DNA of 64,000 nt from Glaucostegus cemiculus (taxonomy: Eukaryota), in the NCBI GenBank assembly GCA_976551045.1, contig CDPCPM010000077.1, forward strand, positions 1,736,001 to 1,800,000, read 5' to 3'. The notes under the pieces were generated by a model. It saw only the letters and a list, made by a program, of their open reading frames with translations, did not search any database and was not told where the DNA came from. The position numbers were made by a program, and so were the translations under genes. Positions 24,712-38,425 of this stretch are shown in pieces (positions within the stretch are counted from its first letter, which is position 1; each line of letters opens with the position of its first letter).

Positions 24712-25790
24712 TATAAGAAATAGAAGCAACGGGAAACCTTCACCTTGTGCTTGTTCTGCCGTTCAATTAGATCGTGAATGATCTTTTACCTCAGTGCCAC
24801 ATTCCCGCGCGTAACCTGTATCACTTAACTCTCTTAATATCTAAAATTCAACCAATCTCTGTCTTGAATATACTCAGCAACCGAGTTTCTATAGCCCTAT
24901 TGGGTAGAGAATTCTAAAGACTCTGTACTCTGTAGGTGAAAAAAATTCTTCTCGTCTCTGTCCTGAATGGTCATCAATATCATTTCAATTTTTCTATGAC
25001 ATAGAAGGAGGCCATTTGGCCTATGGAGTAAATACTGGCTCATAGAGCAATCTCATCAGTGCCATTCCCCCACTTATTTCCCTATGTCCTATTCTCCCTC
25101 ACAGCTCTCTGGTTTTCCAACTACCAATCTAGACTGGGGGCAACTTACAGCAGTCAATTAACCTAACAACCAGCATATCTTTGGGAAGTGGATGGAAATC
25201 AGGGCACCCAGAGAAAATCTACCCTTTCACAGGGAGAAGGTTCAAACACCACAAGGACAGTCCCATATCTATACACAGTATTCCAAATACAGTCAGGTTC
25301 CTTTATGACTGATGCAAGACATCTCTACTCTGATTCTCAATTCTTCCTGTGATAAAGGACAAGGGACAGCTTGCCATCCTAATTACTTGTATCTCTGTGT
25401 TAAGTTTTGTGCACAAGGATGTGCAGATCCCTCTATGTCTTTCAAACTCTCATAATTTAAAAACTACTTCATATTCCTGTTGTTCTTGCTAGTGCGGATG
25501 ACCTCACACTTTTCCACTTTATACCCCATTTCCCATCTCCTTGCCCAATCTTGTCTATGCGCCCCTGAAGCCTCCTTGCAACCTTCTCACAGCTCCTGGT
25601 ACCACCAGCTGTGGATTTGGACATATTACACTTGATCACCACTTCCAAACCATTGCTATAGATTGTGAACAGCTGGAGCCCGGCCATGGATCGCTGTAGC
25701 ACCCTGTGCATCACAGATTCCAACTCTGAAAATGATCCACTTGTGCCTGCTCACCGTTTACTGTTCATTAATCCTCAGTCCATGCCAGTA
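24712..25790 (-). mobile_element. Old CR1 fragments with a degraded SINE nested at ~24995-25260
   Basis: CR1 tail at 24712-24975. Degraded V-domain (TTTGGGAAGTGGATGGAAATCAGGGCACCCAGAGAAA). RT remnants LQLFTIY at ~25650-25700. Confidence 0.6.
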
Positions 25791-26369
25791 CCCCCTGTAC
25801 TGTTAGCTGCAAGTATGCCCCACACTTACGTATGGGGACCCGCTGTGACAGTGGGACATGCTGCACGCTAGTTACTCCACTCCACACTGAACTCCTCATA
25901 AAGTCCAATGGCAGAGCCTTGATTTACTGGGACACTCCTACATCTGGCTGGAGAATCATCCCTCTGATCCTGTGCCAATCAGAACTACATGATGGGAGAT
26001 TAGGAGCCAGAAGTATTTATTTTTACTTAATGAAACTAATTATTTCTTAGTACTTTAATGCACATTTAATTAATTTCATTTTTTTTGTTAGATCATTTGC
26101 ATCAAATATGGTAGTTTTTAAGTACATCAGAATATTAAAGACTTCCAAAGGCTGTCCAAACTTAGACAGACAAAGCAATGGTCCTCGCTTTGCCTTCATT
26201 CAGGGCTTCCAAGGGGCACAGTCTCAGTTCTACACTGCCTGAGACGTACTCACCACCGAGGCCTTGCTACACCTCACCAGATGCCTCCAGTGCGATTGAT
26301 CCGTTACGTCCAAACCAGCTGAGGAGAGAGGATGGGGGCAACCGGTGAGGAGCTGCAGGGTGAATCCAG

Positions 26370-27030
26370 TATAGAGCCGTACAGCATGGAAACAGGCCCT
26401 TCGGCCCAACTCATTAATACCAACCAAGATGCCCATCTAATCTAGTTGCATTTACCCACATTTGGCCCATATCCCTCCAAACCTTTCCTATCCATGTACC
26501 TGTCCAAGTATTCTTTAAATGCTGTTAGTTTACCTGCCTCAGCCACTTTCTCTGGCAGCTTGTCACATATATGCACTACTCTCTGCATGAAGAAGTTGGC
26601 CTTCAGGTCTCTTTTAAATCTTTACCCTCTCACCTTAAACCTATGCTCTCTAGATCTTGATTCCATTTGTCTGGGAAAAAGATTGTGAGCATTTACCTTA
26701 TTTATGCCCCCCATGACTTTATACATCTCTGTCACCCCTCAGTCTCATATGCTCCAAGGAATAAAGTCCTAGCCTTTCCAACCTTTCCCTATAACTCAGG
26801 CCCTTGAGTCCTGGCAACATTCTCATAAATCTTCTTTGCAGCTTAATGATGTCTTTCCTACAACAGGATAACCAAAACTGTACACAATATTCCAGGTGCA
26901 GCCTCACCATCGTCTTGTACAACTGTAACATAATGTCCCGACTCCTGTACTCAATGCTCTGACTGATGAAGGTGATGCGTAGCAAGGCCTCAGTGTGCCA
27001 GACTCCTTCTTCACCTCCCTCTCTACCTGT
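26370..27030 (-). mobile_element. CR1 (HER1-like) 3' region
   Basis: ORF 26719-26985 LQLYKTMVRLHLEYCVQFW..YRERLERLGLYSLE. Tail as at 948-1144. Confidence 0.9.
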
Positions 27031-29224
27031 AGCACTCTATTGCTGACCAGTCTGGCCAGATGAGGTCACGTTGGTCTGTGTCAGTGATGCCATCCTATCT
27101 GAAGAGGGCAGCAGAGCTTCATAGTAATGAACCTCCTTCCTTGGAGAGGGAGTGAATGTCAACAGAACTGATAAGACAGTCTTGAAACCAATTTATTTTG
27201 GCTACTCAGTCACAATGATGCACATCTTATCTATAGATCGTATACAGTCAGCAAGAAAATATGTTATTTTTGATTTAGTTTTTGATCACTGAAGTAGATT
27301 GATTGTATGGTTGCTTTCCCTTTAAAAATGGCCTTTCAATAATTCTATTCAAAGCAGTCAGAATAATATAATAGGTGAGAATTTGTGGAGCACAGCATCA
27401 CTGGTTATAAGCACTGCAAAAGCAGAAGCAGAAGATGCTTATTATCAGCTATGCTTAATTATATAGCTGGTAAGTATGGTGCAATCATCTGCAGTTACTG
27501 TTCCAGTACCTCCCTTATTCACTCTCCAAGATATTGGACGTAGTTGGTAACATAGACTATCAATGATAGTACTCCATTCATGAAACAATCTACAGACCCA
27601 GATGGCAGCCTTATAGTTGCTTTTTTTCTGACTGCCTCCTTTCAGAAACTTTCTTCCTGACCCTCTAGCAGCCCAATAGGCATAGTTACAGGAAACTCCT
27701 TCAATGAGTAACAGTATTAAAGGATCAATTATTGTCCTTGGGCTGATATTGGCTATTGTACCTATGGTATAATTACAAGGCCTGACACACACTCTAAGAT
27801 GTGGTTGTGTGGATAAGCTGCAAGACCAAGCAACAACCCGATTCAAAGGAGCAGTAACAGTTGGTGACTGGCTTTGGAACTATAATCTCATCTGTTTTTG
27901 GCTGGGAGGGAAAATGTAGAGTTAGGAAGATTTGATATGTTACTAACAAGTCTAAACTAGCTGAGCCTGCTAACTTGTAAGCAGCACCGATCTTACAATA
28001 TTAATTTTTGTTGTCTGCATTCTAGCTAGGAGCAACAAGACAGATGACACAACAGCTTAAATTAACACAAACAGTGATTCCACCCACATGCATGCGGGCA
28101 TGCGTATACACACAGACAACAAACACACTCTTTCTCTCTGTCTCAGGTTTAGTGGAGCGAGCCAGGGGAATTGTCAAGCAGATATATCAGACACTTCCCT
28201 AGAGATGCAACATAAAATCAAAGGGCAAGTCAACCTACGTTACACTTGCACACTTCTTGTTGGTTAAGTCAATGGTTAACATCGGCAGGCAGCCAGAGGC
28301 TCATTCTGTGGGGGAACGGTGCATGGCATGACTGGAGATGCAGGGAACCTAATGAGCCAAGGTAAAATACAAATAATGCATTATAGTAAATATTTCAAAA
28401 TAAAAGTTTGCATTGTATAGTTTAAAAATTCTTCAGGATTTCCCTAACCATTATTACCTCCACGCCATATATATTTGGTTAAAAACTGCTGTTTCTGGAC
28501 TCTATATGTTGGACAAGTCATTTTTCTGCAGTTAACTGGAAGTTATTTCCTAATGCTAATGATGTCCAACTTGTTAATGCTCTTGTGTGAATGTCAACTC
28601 TCATCAGGAGCTTGGAGCATACAGATAGCTGGCAGTCACGGTGGCTGCTACTGAACCAGAATGAAAATAAAGCATGCACATATGATTATAATTACATTAA
28701 TTATATTCTGCAGCAAATCAGCAGAGTAGGTTTGGGTCTGTTTTCTTAGTTTGGTATACAAGTTCAGGTTAAAATTGTTATGCAAGTCATAGTTAGAGTC
28801 CGTCATGTTAGTTGTATGTATCACATTTATACTTCATTATAGTTCCAGTAACCCTTCTCTTTGCTCTGATCCTATTCATAAACTTATTCTGAGTTCATCC
28901 TTCTTGTAGATCAAAACTAATTACAAAGTTTTTGAAGTTTTGTTTTAAAATTAAGAAATTAAGAACAGCTGTTAATATCCGCTTTGTTGGCTGTAGCACA
29001 AAGACATCAACAATTTGATGGTTCAATTGTTAAATATCCTGAGGATGTAATCTGCAAAAATATTGTTGTGCAGATTAACATATTGACAATCTGGAAATCT
29101 CCTCAGCTCTTTCCCTATATGCTGAGCCATCTCTTTATTTTCTCTGTCAACCTCCCGTTTCTTCAAGGACTTCAGGCTGTTTTGTCTCACATCTACTATT
29201 TGCCGGGGTTTAATGAGCAATGAA

Positions 29225-29420
29225 AGAAAATTCTGGAAACACAGCCGATCATGCGGCACCCGCAGGGAATTAGGGTCAATGTTTCAGATCAAGGACCCTT
29301 CACCAGGACTCTATCAGAAGGCCCTTGACCAGAAATGATAACTTTGTTTCTTTCCTCATGGATGCCACCTGACCTGCTGAGTGTTTTTGCTTTGGGTTAA
29401 AAGTATCTGCAGTATTTTAT
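29225..29420. mobile_element. Penelope-derived fold-back element (degraded)
   Basis: Minus-strand CTGGTGAAGGGTCCTTGATCTGAAACATTG at ~29277-29306; opposite arm GATGCCACCTGACCTGCTGAG. Confidence 0.55.
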
Positions 29421-29756
29421 TCCAATTTAGATACCAGGCTGCTGGTTGTACCATTATTGGATTTACTGGTCTGCATAACATTGAAGGGACTTGGGTTCAC
29501 CGCATGGTCTCTGGAATTTAGCCACCCTCACCACCCGATCCACTGGTAAAGTGCTTTCACCATGTAACTCACAGCATCAACCCTCCACTACATCTACACC
29601 TGTAATCTCCATATGCTATCCATTTATTATCCATCAACAATAATCCTGTTGATCCAATGCAAACGTGTTTCTTAATAGTGCAATTATCCCACCCAGCCTA
29701 GCACTGCAGGTCTCGAAAGCAGTTCCAAGGTTAACTCAGTGGTCAGAGTACCTCAT

Positions 29757-30015
29757 AATTGGTAATTGGTTTATTCTTGTCACACGTACTGAGATACAGT
29801 GAAAAGCTGGGTTTTGCATGCTATCCAGATAAATCATTTCAAGCATAAGTACACTGAGGTAGTACAAATGGGGAAATAAAAGGAAGAATGCATGTTACAG
29901 CTACAGAGAAAATGCAGTGCAGGTAGACTATGAGGTGCAAGGGCCATGATGAGGTAGATTGAGAGATCAAGAGTTTATCATACAAGAGGTTCAATCAAGA
30001 GTCTTATAACAGTCT
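29757..30015 (-). mobile_element. Rex1/Babar 3' UTR
   Basis: Reverse complement of the 11500-11777 tail. Confidence 0.8.
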
Positions 30016-30022
30016 TATAAAT

Positions 30023-30103
30023 TATAGACAATAGACAATAGGAGCAGAAGTAGACCATTTGGCCCTTTGAGCCTGCTCCGCCATTTTGAGATCATGGCTG
30101 ATG
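30023..30103 (-). mobile_element. Short CR1 3' tail
   Basis: (ATAGACA)n tail followed by GGAGCAGAAGTAGACCATTTGGCCC. Confidence 0.75.
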
Positions 30104-31367
30104 CATTTCTTATGTTTCATTTCTCAAGCAAACAGACCAAGAAAATCGTATATTCAGCATGTGATGCAGTATCTGATGTACCTCAGATCCTCGGATCTTG
30201 GTTGAAGTGGTAGGGTGGGCATGCAGAACAGTTGGAGGGCATTTGGATTTCCTCACGAGGAAGGGATTTGCTTTGATGCGACTCTGTTTTCTTTCTCCTT
30301 TTCTCTTGTGCCCGTTACACAAAAGGTTCTGGTCATGCTCTAGCTGAACTCTAATATTGCCGTTGAACTTGCCATGTAACCAGGACTACATAACTTGTGT
30401 TTTCTTGCATTCATTAGCAAGCACACATTGTTTGCTATCACTTTCTTTCTCTGCCATTTCCACATTCATTGAGACCTACTTTGATTAACTAGTTGCTGAT
30501 ATAAATGAAACAAGTTGTAAATTATCCATGTTGCTGTAATCATTCCTTCATAGGCTGAACGTACTTAAGAGTTCCTAAGTGTTACCCAGACCCTAATGTA
30601 TTTTCTTACGGAAACAATTTTAAAAATTCACCTGGAACTTTTAAAGTTATAACAAGGTAAATGTTTGGCTTTATTGAGTCGGTATGTTGAGGGTGGAGCC
30701 AGCCTTCCCTTATTAACACAGCAGTGTAAAAATAAATGAGCAATATTAGTCCTTACAAATGGTCCATCTAAGCACTGACTTGTACATTTAGAATTTTCCT
30801 CTCTTCTTTTAGACCTCCCGCATCAACACTTTTGTTTTTCATTTTCCAATAAAACCTACATCATCTACTCATTTGTGAGATGCTCCAGACATCGGTGCCA
30901 GACCTGGACAGGAGGGAGAGCTGGGATCCAGTCCGAGGCTGGGTTCCAGGGTAAGGAGAGGAGGCAGCCTGCAATCTTCAGGAGTTAACTGGGGGTCAGG
31001 ATATTGGCATGAGCAATTGGCTGAGACAAGGGAACAGAGGCAGTGAAGGTTAATCAGTGAATAAATTGACTTCAGGTAAGGAAAGAAGTGAGCCTTGGGC
31101 AGCAGGAGAGGGGTTGGGGCAGGATGAAGATGCATGGGAGTGGGTCAGGATAGAGGTCACTGGGATTGAGACTCGTGTGGGGCCAGGTGTGTCATAGGAA
31201 TGGAGGCAGGATAGGGAGTCTGCGAGAGAGCACAGAAAGCTTCAGGAGTTGGCAAGGACTGGTAGAAAGTGGAGGCTGTGACACCCTCAGGTCAGCAATA
31301 GGAGTCAGGCCTTCACGCTACTGTTCCGCTTACCTAGGTCATGGCATTGGTTGATGTGGCCGCATAA

Positions 31368-31495
31368 GTGGAGTGGGTAGTAGAGCCGCTGCCTCAAAGT
31401 GCCAGAGGTCCAGGTTCGATTCTAACCCCAGGTGCTGTCTGTCCGCATGTTCTCCTCGTGACTGCGTGGGTTTCCTCCGGGCGGTCCGGTTTCAG
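31368..31495 (+). mobile_element. V-SINE 5' half
   Basis: B box CAGGTTCGATTC; V-domain GCGTGGGTTTCCTCCGGGCGGTCCGGTTTC. Confidence 0.75.
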
Positions 31496-32288
31496 GAACC
31501 AAGGGGAAATGTGAGTAGTGATGAGGATGCATAAAGGTTTCAAGGGGATATAGGCAAGTGGAATGGGTGGGCTACAGTGTGGCAGCTGGAGCATAATGTG
31601 GAAAACTGTGAGGTTAACCACTTCAGTAGAAAAAACAGAAATGCCAAGTATCTTTTAAGTGTTGAGAGATTAAAAAAAACACTGATGATCAAAGGGACCT
31701 GGGTGCCCTCGTACAGAAGTCACTAAAAACTAAGATGGAGGAGCAGGAGATAGTTAGGAAGGTAAATATCTGTTGGCCTTTATTGCTAGAAGATTTGGTT
31801 ACAAGAGTAAAGACATCTCACTACAGTTATATATGGCCTTGGTGAACTGCAACAGGAGTAAACTGGATAATTTTGATTATCCGTCCCAGAATAGAATATA
31901 CTTGTGGTAGAGGGGCTCATTCTTGAGAGGTGGATCTGTCTCATGATGAAAGGTTAAGTAGGCCGGGTCGCTATTTAGAGTTTGGAAGACTGAGAGGAGA
32001 CCTCATTGAAATGTGATTAGAGGTTCAACAGGGTCGATGTTGGGAGGACGTTCCCCTCGTTAAGTCACAGATTCAAGATAGGGAAGGGTCTTTTAGAACT
32101 GAAAAGAGGAGAAACCTTTGGGGATTCTCTAACTGAGAGGGCTTTGGGAGCTCAATCACTGATTACATTTTGAACAGAGACGGGTAGATTTCTGGATGTT
32201 ATTGAGGGAGAAGGTCAGCCACGATCTTGTTGAATGGGGAAGCAGGATTGAGGAGCAAATGGCCTACTCCTGCTCCTGTTTCTTATGA
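31495..32288 (+). mobile_element. Degraded CR1 3' region
   Basis: RLRGDLIE-like sequence at ~31985; tail ATGGCCTACTCCTGCTCCTGTTTCTTATG. Confidence 0.75.
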
Positions 32289-32904
32289 TGAAGGTTCAAA
32301 ACGGCCACAGAGAGTAGCACAGCTCATGTCCCTAACACTGCAGCTGGCAAGATAATGCACAGACACTAGTATCTGAGGGCTATGAGAGAGTGGTGAACAT
32401 CCGGCGGTAATGCAGTGTAGCATGTGCCTGGTGCAAGTCTCCAAGTGCAATGGCAGGTTGAATCATCCTGAGGTCAGCCTCTTGCCTTTTCTCACCATGG
32501 TTCCTCTCATTTCCCCAGCGTGCAGACAGATTTGGGATGTAGTCTGAGCGAGCAGATCCTCTGCACGCAATGTAGATCCTGCCGGGCAGACAGGCCTGCA
32601 AGCAGTAAGCTAAAGCCCAGCTGCCAGAGAGGTCTGATGGCCTTTGACAGCTCACCAGCTTCTCAACTGCTTTTAATGACTTTAATAGCCAGAGATTTCT
32701 CTAAACTGTTCAGATAGATTTGTATTGTAAAATAAAAATTAAAAAAAAAATCTAAATGTTTTTATTAAAAAATGTTAAAATACTGACAATAAAAAATCAG
32801 AGCCATGTACAATGAGCAAATCTCTGATTTCTTTTCAAAAATGAATTTCATTCATAATATGTACAATTGAGGCATTTCTTTCTCTGTGCTCCGTTTATTT
32901 TTTG

Positions 32905-33480
32905 AAGTTATGCTGCAACTTTATAAAACTCTGCTTAGGCTGCATCTAGATTATCGTGTTCATTTCTGGTCGCCCCATTTCAGGAAAGATGTAGAGGCCA
33001 TAGAGAATGTTCAGAAGAGGATCACCAGGATGCTGCCTGGCTTAGAGGGCCTGTGCTATAAGGAGAGGTTGGACAAATTAGGGTTGTTTTCTCTGGAGTG
33101 GCAGAGGCTGAGGGGAGACCTGATAGAAGCTTATAAGATAATGAGAGGCATAGACAGAGTAGACAGCTGCATAGTTTTCCCAGGGTCAAAATTTCTAATA
33201 CTAGAGGGCATGCACTTAAAGTGAGAGGGGAAAATTTCAAAGGAGATGTGCGGGCAAGTTTGATATTCAGAACGATGGGTGCCTGGAATGTGTTGCCAGG
33301 GGTGGTGGTGGAGGCAGATACAATGGAGGCATTTAAGACAGTCTTATAAAGGCACATGAATATGCAGAGAATGGCGGGATATAGACCATGTGCAGGCAGA
33401 AGGGATTACGTGTTATCAATTAATTCGGCACAGCATTGTGGGCTGAAGGACCTTTTCCTGTGCTGTGCTGTTCTATGTTC
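32905..33480 (+). mobile_element. CR1 3' region
   Basis: ORF 32886-33224 MLQLYKTLLRLHLDYRVHFWSPH..RLRGDLIEAYKIMRGIDRVD; tail GTTCTATGTTC. Confidence 0.9.
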
Positions 33481-34491
33481 ATTGTAACATCCCTGTTTTC
33501 TCCACATCGTTAACAGTCCAGTTCAAACTGCCACTAGTATGACATGTCATGTTGCTTTCCAGCCCAAGCCTGATCAAGTCAGTGCCATTTGGCCCAATTT
33601 CAGTCACCTTCCTATTGCAGGTAACCAAGTCAATGCAGTTTTCCCAGTCTTCCCATTAACAATGTCTGCAAAACACAGGCAACTGAACTGCCACTATCCT
33701 TACGAACATTCTCATCCCCGTTACAGAATGCAGAAATGTTGTGTAACACCTCAAGATGCAATTACCACTTTGCCAGGTAGATTTTATCATGCATTTGATT
33801 GCAATGATTATGCCGTCACTAGCTATTTCACTGATTTACTGGCAGATTTGTCTCAGTCAGCTGAAGTTCACTGGTTGATTAGTTTGTCTTGGAGAATGCT
33901 GAAAGGAAGAACCCATTGAGAACTCTTATCAGTCAGTGTATCACTTGGTGCAATTTTATATCAGATTTGTGGGTATTTGGTATTTTATTTCAGCTTTATT
34001 CAGTGTAGGAGGAATGCAGGAGAAATCTGTTATTGTTCTCTAGTAATGAATACTATCGAGGCTATTGGCTACCAGCTGTACCTCTGCTTAATTTGTTCTT
34101 GTGGCTGGGGTGTACCCCACTGCGCCAAGGTAAGTGGATATATTTAGCACCGATGACTGAAGGCAAATGTTACTGCGTTATTTTCTTGGCGGCTGGTATT
34201 TTGAACTACTGCCCACCCCACATTCGATGTTGTACTAAAACTCAGCAGCACCACTTCAATGCACAGTGAAATCCATGGTAGCCAAAGCATTTAGGGCTGC
34301 ATTACCAACATGAAATGTGTCCGGGAAGAATGTTGTTTCAAACAGCAGCAAAGATGCACATCCCTCAGGCAGGGTATAAGCCGAGGGAATGCCAGATTGA
34401 AATTCTGCTCTGCATAGTCATAGTAAAGACATTAGAAGTAGGTGCAGTGGTCATTGGGTGAGTGAAGGTAAAGTTGGCCAATGCCCCATTT

Positions 34492-34845
34492 TGGTATTGG
34501 TATTGGTTTATTATTGTCACTTGTACCAAGGTACAGTGAAAAACTTGTCTTGCATACCGTTTGTACAGATCAATTGATTACACAGTGCATTGAGATAGTA
34601 CAAGTAAGACAATTACAGAATACAGAGTAAAGTGTTGCAGCTACAGGGAAGTGCAGTGCAGGTAGACAATAAGGTGCAAGGTCATAACAAGGTAGATTGT
34701 GAGATCAAGAGTCCATCTCATATAAGAGAACCGTTCAATAGTCTTATCACTGTGGGTTAGAGGCTGTCCTCGAGCCTGGTGTTATGTGCCTTCAGGCTCC
34801 TGTATCTTCTGTCTGATGGGAGAGGAGAGAAGAGAGAATGACCCT
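34492..34845 (-). mobile_element. Rex1/Babar LINE 3' end
   Basis: (TGGTAT)n tail; minus strand encodes HSLFSPLPSDRRYRSLKAH. Confidence 0.9.
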
Positions 34846-35439
34846 TCGACACTGACGTTTTACCAATAATCCTAAGAACCAATGAAAAAGGTAACACAAT
34901 ATTTAACAGGCCTAACTCAGCATCCCTGCCCTGCGCCTGCTCCCTGGTGGCACCAGGCTTCCTTAGTAATGTGAATTGTGCATTAAAAACTAGCTGAGCT
35001 CCGGTCGATGTTGCTGGACCCCTACTTTATTGTAAACCAAGGGGTTACAAATGTTATGATCACTGAGAATGTGGTGGTAAGTTAGAACACAGTGTGCGGG
35101 CTCGACTTTAATGCTTTGCATTCATCTTCCCATCAATTGAAGGCTTTGAATTAGCGCAAATCTACTTCCATTTATGTTTGTGATCCAACCAGCACCTTGG
35201 AGATAAACTCTACACTGCTGAAGGTTGTGCCAAAGAGTCTGGTTTCTTTTTTGCCAGCCGTACCTTTGCCCTTTAACAGCTCAAATTTCTTAATAATCAT
35301 GTCAGTGCTGTACTTTATTAAAGCTGTAGTGTTTGACTAATCTTTTCTGGAAATTTTCTCACCCATTAATGTTCCAATTCCAAATAAATGCTGGTCAACA
35401 AAACTGAAACTCCTTCGCCCTTCTACCATCGCTGGTGCA

Positions 35440-35655
35440 CTCTCTCTCTCTCTCTCTCTCCCTCTCCCCCTCCCCCCATCTTTCTCTTGCTCTCTCTCTC
35501 TCTCCTGCCTTCTCTCTTTCTCTCTCTCGCTCTTTCTGTCCCTCTTTCTTTCTCCTCCTCTTTCACTCCCTCGCTCTTTCTGTTTCACTCTCTGTCTCTC
35601 TCACTCTCTCTCCCTCTCTCTCTCTCTCTCCCCTCCACTTCTCTCCCACCCCCTC
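35440..35655. repeat. Imperfect (CT)n/(GA)n microsatellite, polypyrimidine tract
   Basis: About 215 bp almost entirely C/T on the + strand. Confidence 0.95.
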
Positions 35656-37309
35656 ACACAAACCAACCTTTCTTGACATATTCCTAATTTATTGAGGCAG
35701 AGTGTTCAGTGTAGCTGTCAAAATTCTTCTGATCTTTAATTACATCGACCTACTCCTGCTCCCTGTGGAACGACTTGCCTCCCCAGTCGTTCTTTCATCC
35801 TGGGATTTTGCAGCAATGTTACAAATATCCAATCATGACTTTCTGATGTCCTCATTTTATTTCTTTTCAACCTTGTTGCCAGTCTTAGCCTTTGGCTTTC
35901 AGTGAGGTGGGGTTGGGGAAGTGGAGAATTTTTATCCATGACTGCAAACAAATACTGTTTGCCTGAACAGCTGAGTATTTCCAGCATTCCGTGGTTCCGT
36001 TCCAGATTCCCAACATCTGCAATCTGTCGTACTGATTGTCCGTGAATGTTAACAAGCAGTCAGCTCAGCCACCTAAAAAAAAGTTGGGTTTATTATGCTT
36101 TATACCTGGAAAATAAATGGTGTCACTGGAATGTTATTCACAATCATCCAGCATAAACAAAGCACACTGTACAAACTCTTCAGATGCTCACCACCCATGT
36201 TCAGGTCACCCTGGTCTTGTTTAGACTGTTTGAAGCTGCCTCTTTCTCCCTTGTATCAGGACCCTGTTGACTTTATTTAGAAGAAAGTCTCTTGTAATAT
36301 TTTGTACATAGTTGGCTTTCATATTCAATTACTTTATCTCTCACTGCTATATTTTTATAGTCTGACATTCCCAAAGGGTTTTTTTACCCTGCTGAAGCTG
36401 CGAGACTGCCAATTCCTAGTCCGTCTTCCCTTTACAGCAGGCATGACTAGACTCTGCGCCTCACTGAGTAAATATGACCATCTGCAGTAATTCACAGATG
36501 CATCATAGAAATTGTTTAACAGCCCTAAGCTTATAAACCCCCACTGGGATAAAATATTGAATTAATATCCAGCTTGCAGTAAAAGCACAAAACTTGTTCC
36601 TTTTCTAAGTTAACCTTCCGTAAAATAGTGACTTTGTTACTTGTTGAAGATGACGGCATCATCCGTGGGATTGACTGACCAATAACTCCCCACAATGTGT
36701 AACCTTAGGACAATGGATCAATTATTCAGGTAAAGTAACGTTACGGTGATATTTTTTACTGGTTCATGAACAGGCACTTTGAAAACTCATATATGTAATG
36801 AAGTCTAAAGATAATGAATCTTAAAAAAAAACAATTCAGCATAAGACAGGGACATTTTATTCAAAGACATTTTTTGTCGCTCAGTTGAAGGATGAAAACC
36901 TTCAAAGTGAGTAACAGTCCATGTCCAGGTATCAACCAAGCAGACTGTGAAAGGGCCAATTTATTTCACAGACTCCACACTAACTGCTTTCAAAAATCAA
37001 GCCTTGACAAAATGTCTCACCAAATAGGTTTTACAGAAGGAGAAGTGCAAGAAAATTGCAGGAGAATCAACCCAGGAAAAGATGAAAGAAATCTGGTATC
37101 ATTTTGGAGAGACATTCTCAATTAATGGCATAATGATGTTTCACCATCAAATTCACTGCCATTTCCATATTGTTCACATGGCTGCACATGTTTTTCACAA
37201 GGAATCAGCATTTTGGGCCAGTGTCTGCTGCTCTGTATTTAAGACTGGTAGTCAAGGCCAGGTCTAGTAGTCATGAGACCCATGACTCTGGTGTAGAACT
37301 CTTGCTTTG

Positions 37310-37545
37310 GAGTCAGGCGACTCTTGTGATAGTGTAATCCAAGCAGACTCTTCTGTGCATTTTTGAGGGAGTGCTGCACTGCCAGATGTGTCACTTTCCA
37401 AACGAGACAGCAAACCACTTTCCACATTCAGCTGGATTGTCACGTAGATGCAGGAGGTTAATCTGAAGGTGCCAGAACACTATATGAAGAGCAAGGTGTT
37501 GCACTCAGAAGAGGCCCGTTAGCTGTAAAGTACTGAGGGATGAAT
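37310..37545 (+). mobile_element. DeuSINE-like relic
   Basis: GAGGGAGTGCTGCACTGCCAGATGTGTCACTTTC core, shared with ~51045-51075 and ~60345-60375. Confidence 0.45.
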
Positions 37546-38127
37546 GGCACTTTCTAACCATGAATAGGTTTTTTTTCCCATCTGACCATGCTCCACTCTT
37601 GTAGGACATACTGAATAGTAAGTAGGGGATTGACAATGCATATGTCATTGATCCAACGTATTTAAACAGAGCCTGTCAAAGTTTTGAAGTATATTCAGCA
37701 GATGTGATGAACTAAGATCACCTCCAGCCATCACCAGGGAAGTACTTGCCAGGAAAACTTCAGTCAATAACGAGCTTTTGATATTTGTCCTTTCCTTCAC
37801 TGTTGGAACATCTGGGGTAGGGTTCCCAGACCCATCCCAGAGAAATGGAAGTTGCCAGGAAGAGAAAAAAATGGCTTGGAGGCTGCTTCAATGAAGAAAA
37901 AGTTATTGCTCTTAAATTTAGAGCAAGGTAGGTAGAAACCAAAATGAAAGCTGCAGCCCCACACCAGGGTGATGGTGGATTTGAAGTTACATACCAGGAA
38001 TTTCATGCATGCCCATTTAAGACATTATGGAAATAAATCTGGGAGATCGACTATCCGGCATACACCATACAGGAGTTTCCTTCTACTGAAGCTGCAGCTT
38101 ATGTTACAACAAGGATAACTTTGTTTT

Positions 38128-38425
38128 TCCCCAGGGTAGCGGAGGGCATAGGCTTAAAGTGAGAGGGTAGAAATTTAAAAGGGACCTGAGAGGCAAGTTT
38201 TTCCACACAGAGGATGGAGAGTGGAGCAAGCTGCCAGAGGAAGTGGTAGAAGCAGGTACAATTACATCATTCAAACAGCTTATGGACAGGTACATGGATG
38301 GGAAAGGTTTAGAGGGATATGGGCAAAACCCAGGCAAATGGGACCAGTTTAGGTAGGCATCTTGGTCAGCACTGATAAGTTGGGCTGAAGGGCCTGTTTC
38401 CCTGTTGTATATCTCTATGACTCTA
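38128..38425 (+). mobile_element. CR1 (HER1-like) 3' end
   Basis: GHRLKVRG*KFKRDLRGKFF; tail ATCTCTATGACTCTA. Confidence 0.85.

Noticed and set aside
27445-27846. 133-aa minus-strand ORF
   Set aside because: Non-ATG start, no homology recognised and no convincing splice sites.
29023-29259. 78-aa charged, protein-looking ORF
   Set aside because: It starts within a Penelope-derived repeat and has no recognisable family.
35337-35695. ORFs rich in ER or SL repeats
   Set aside because: They are translations of the (CT)n microsatellite.
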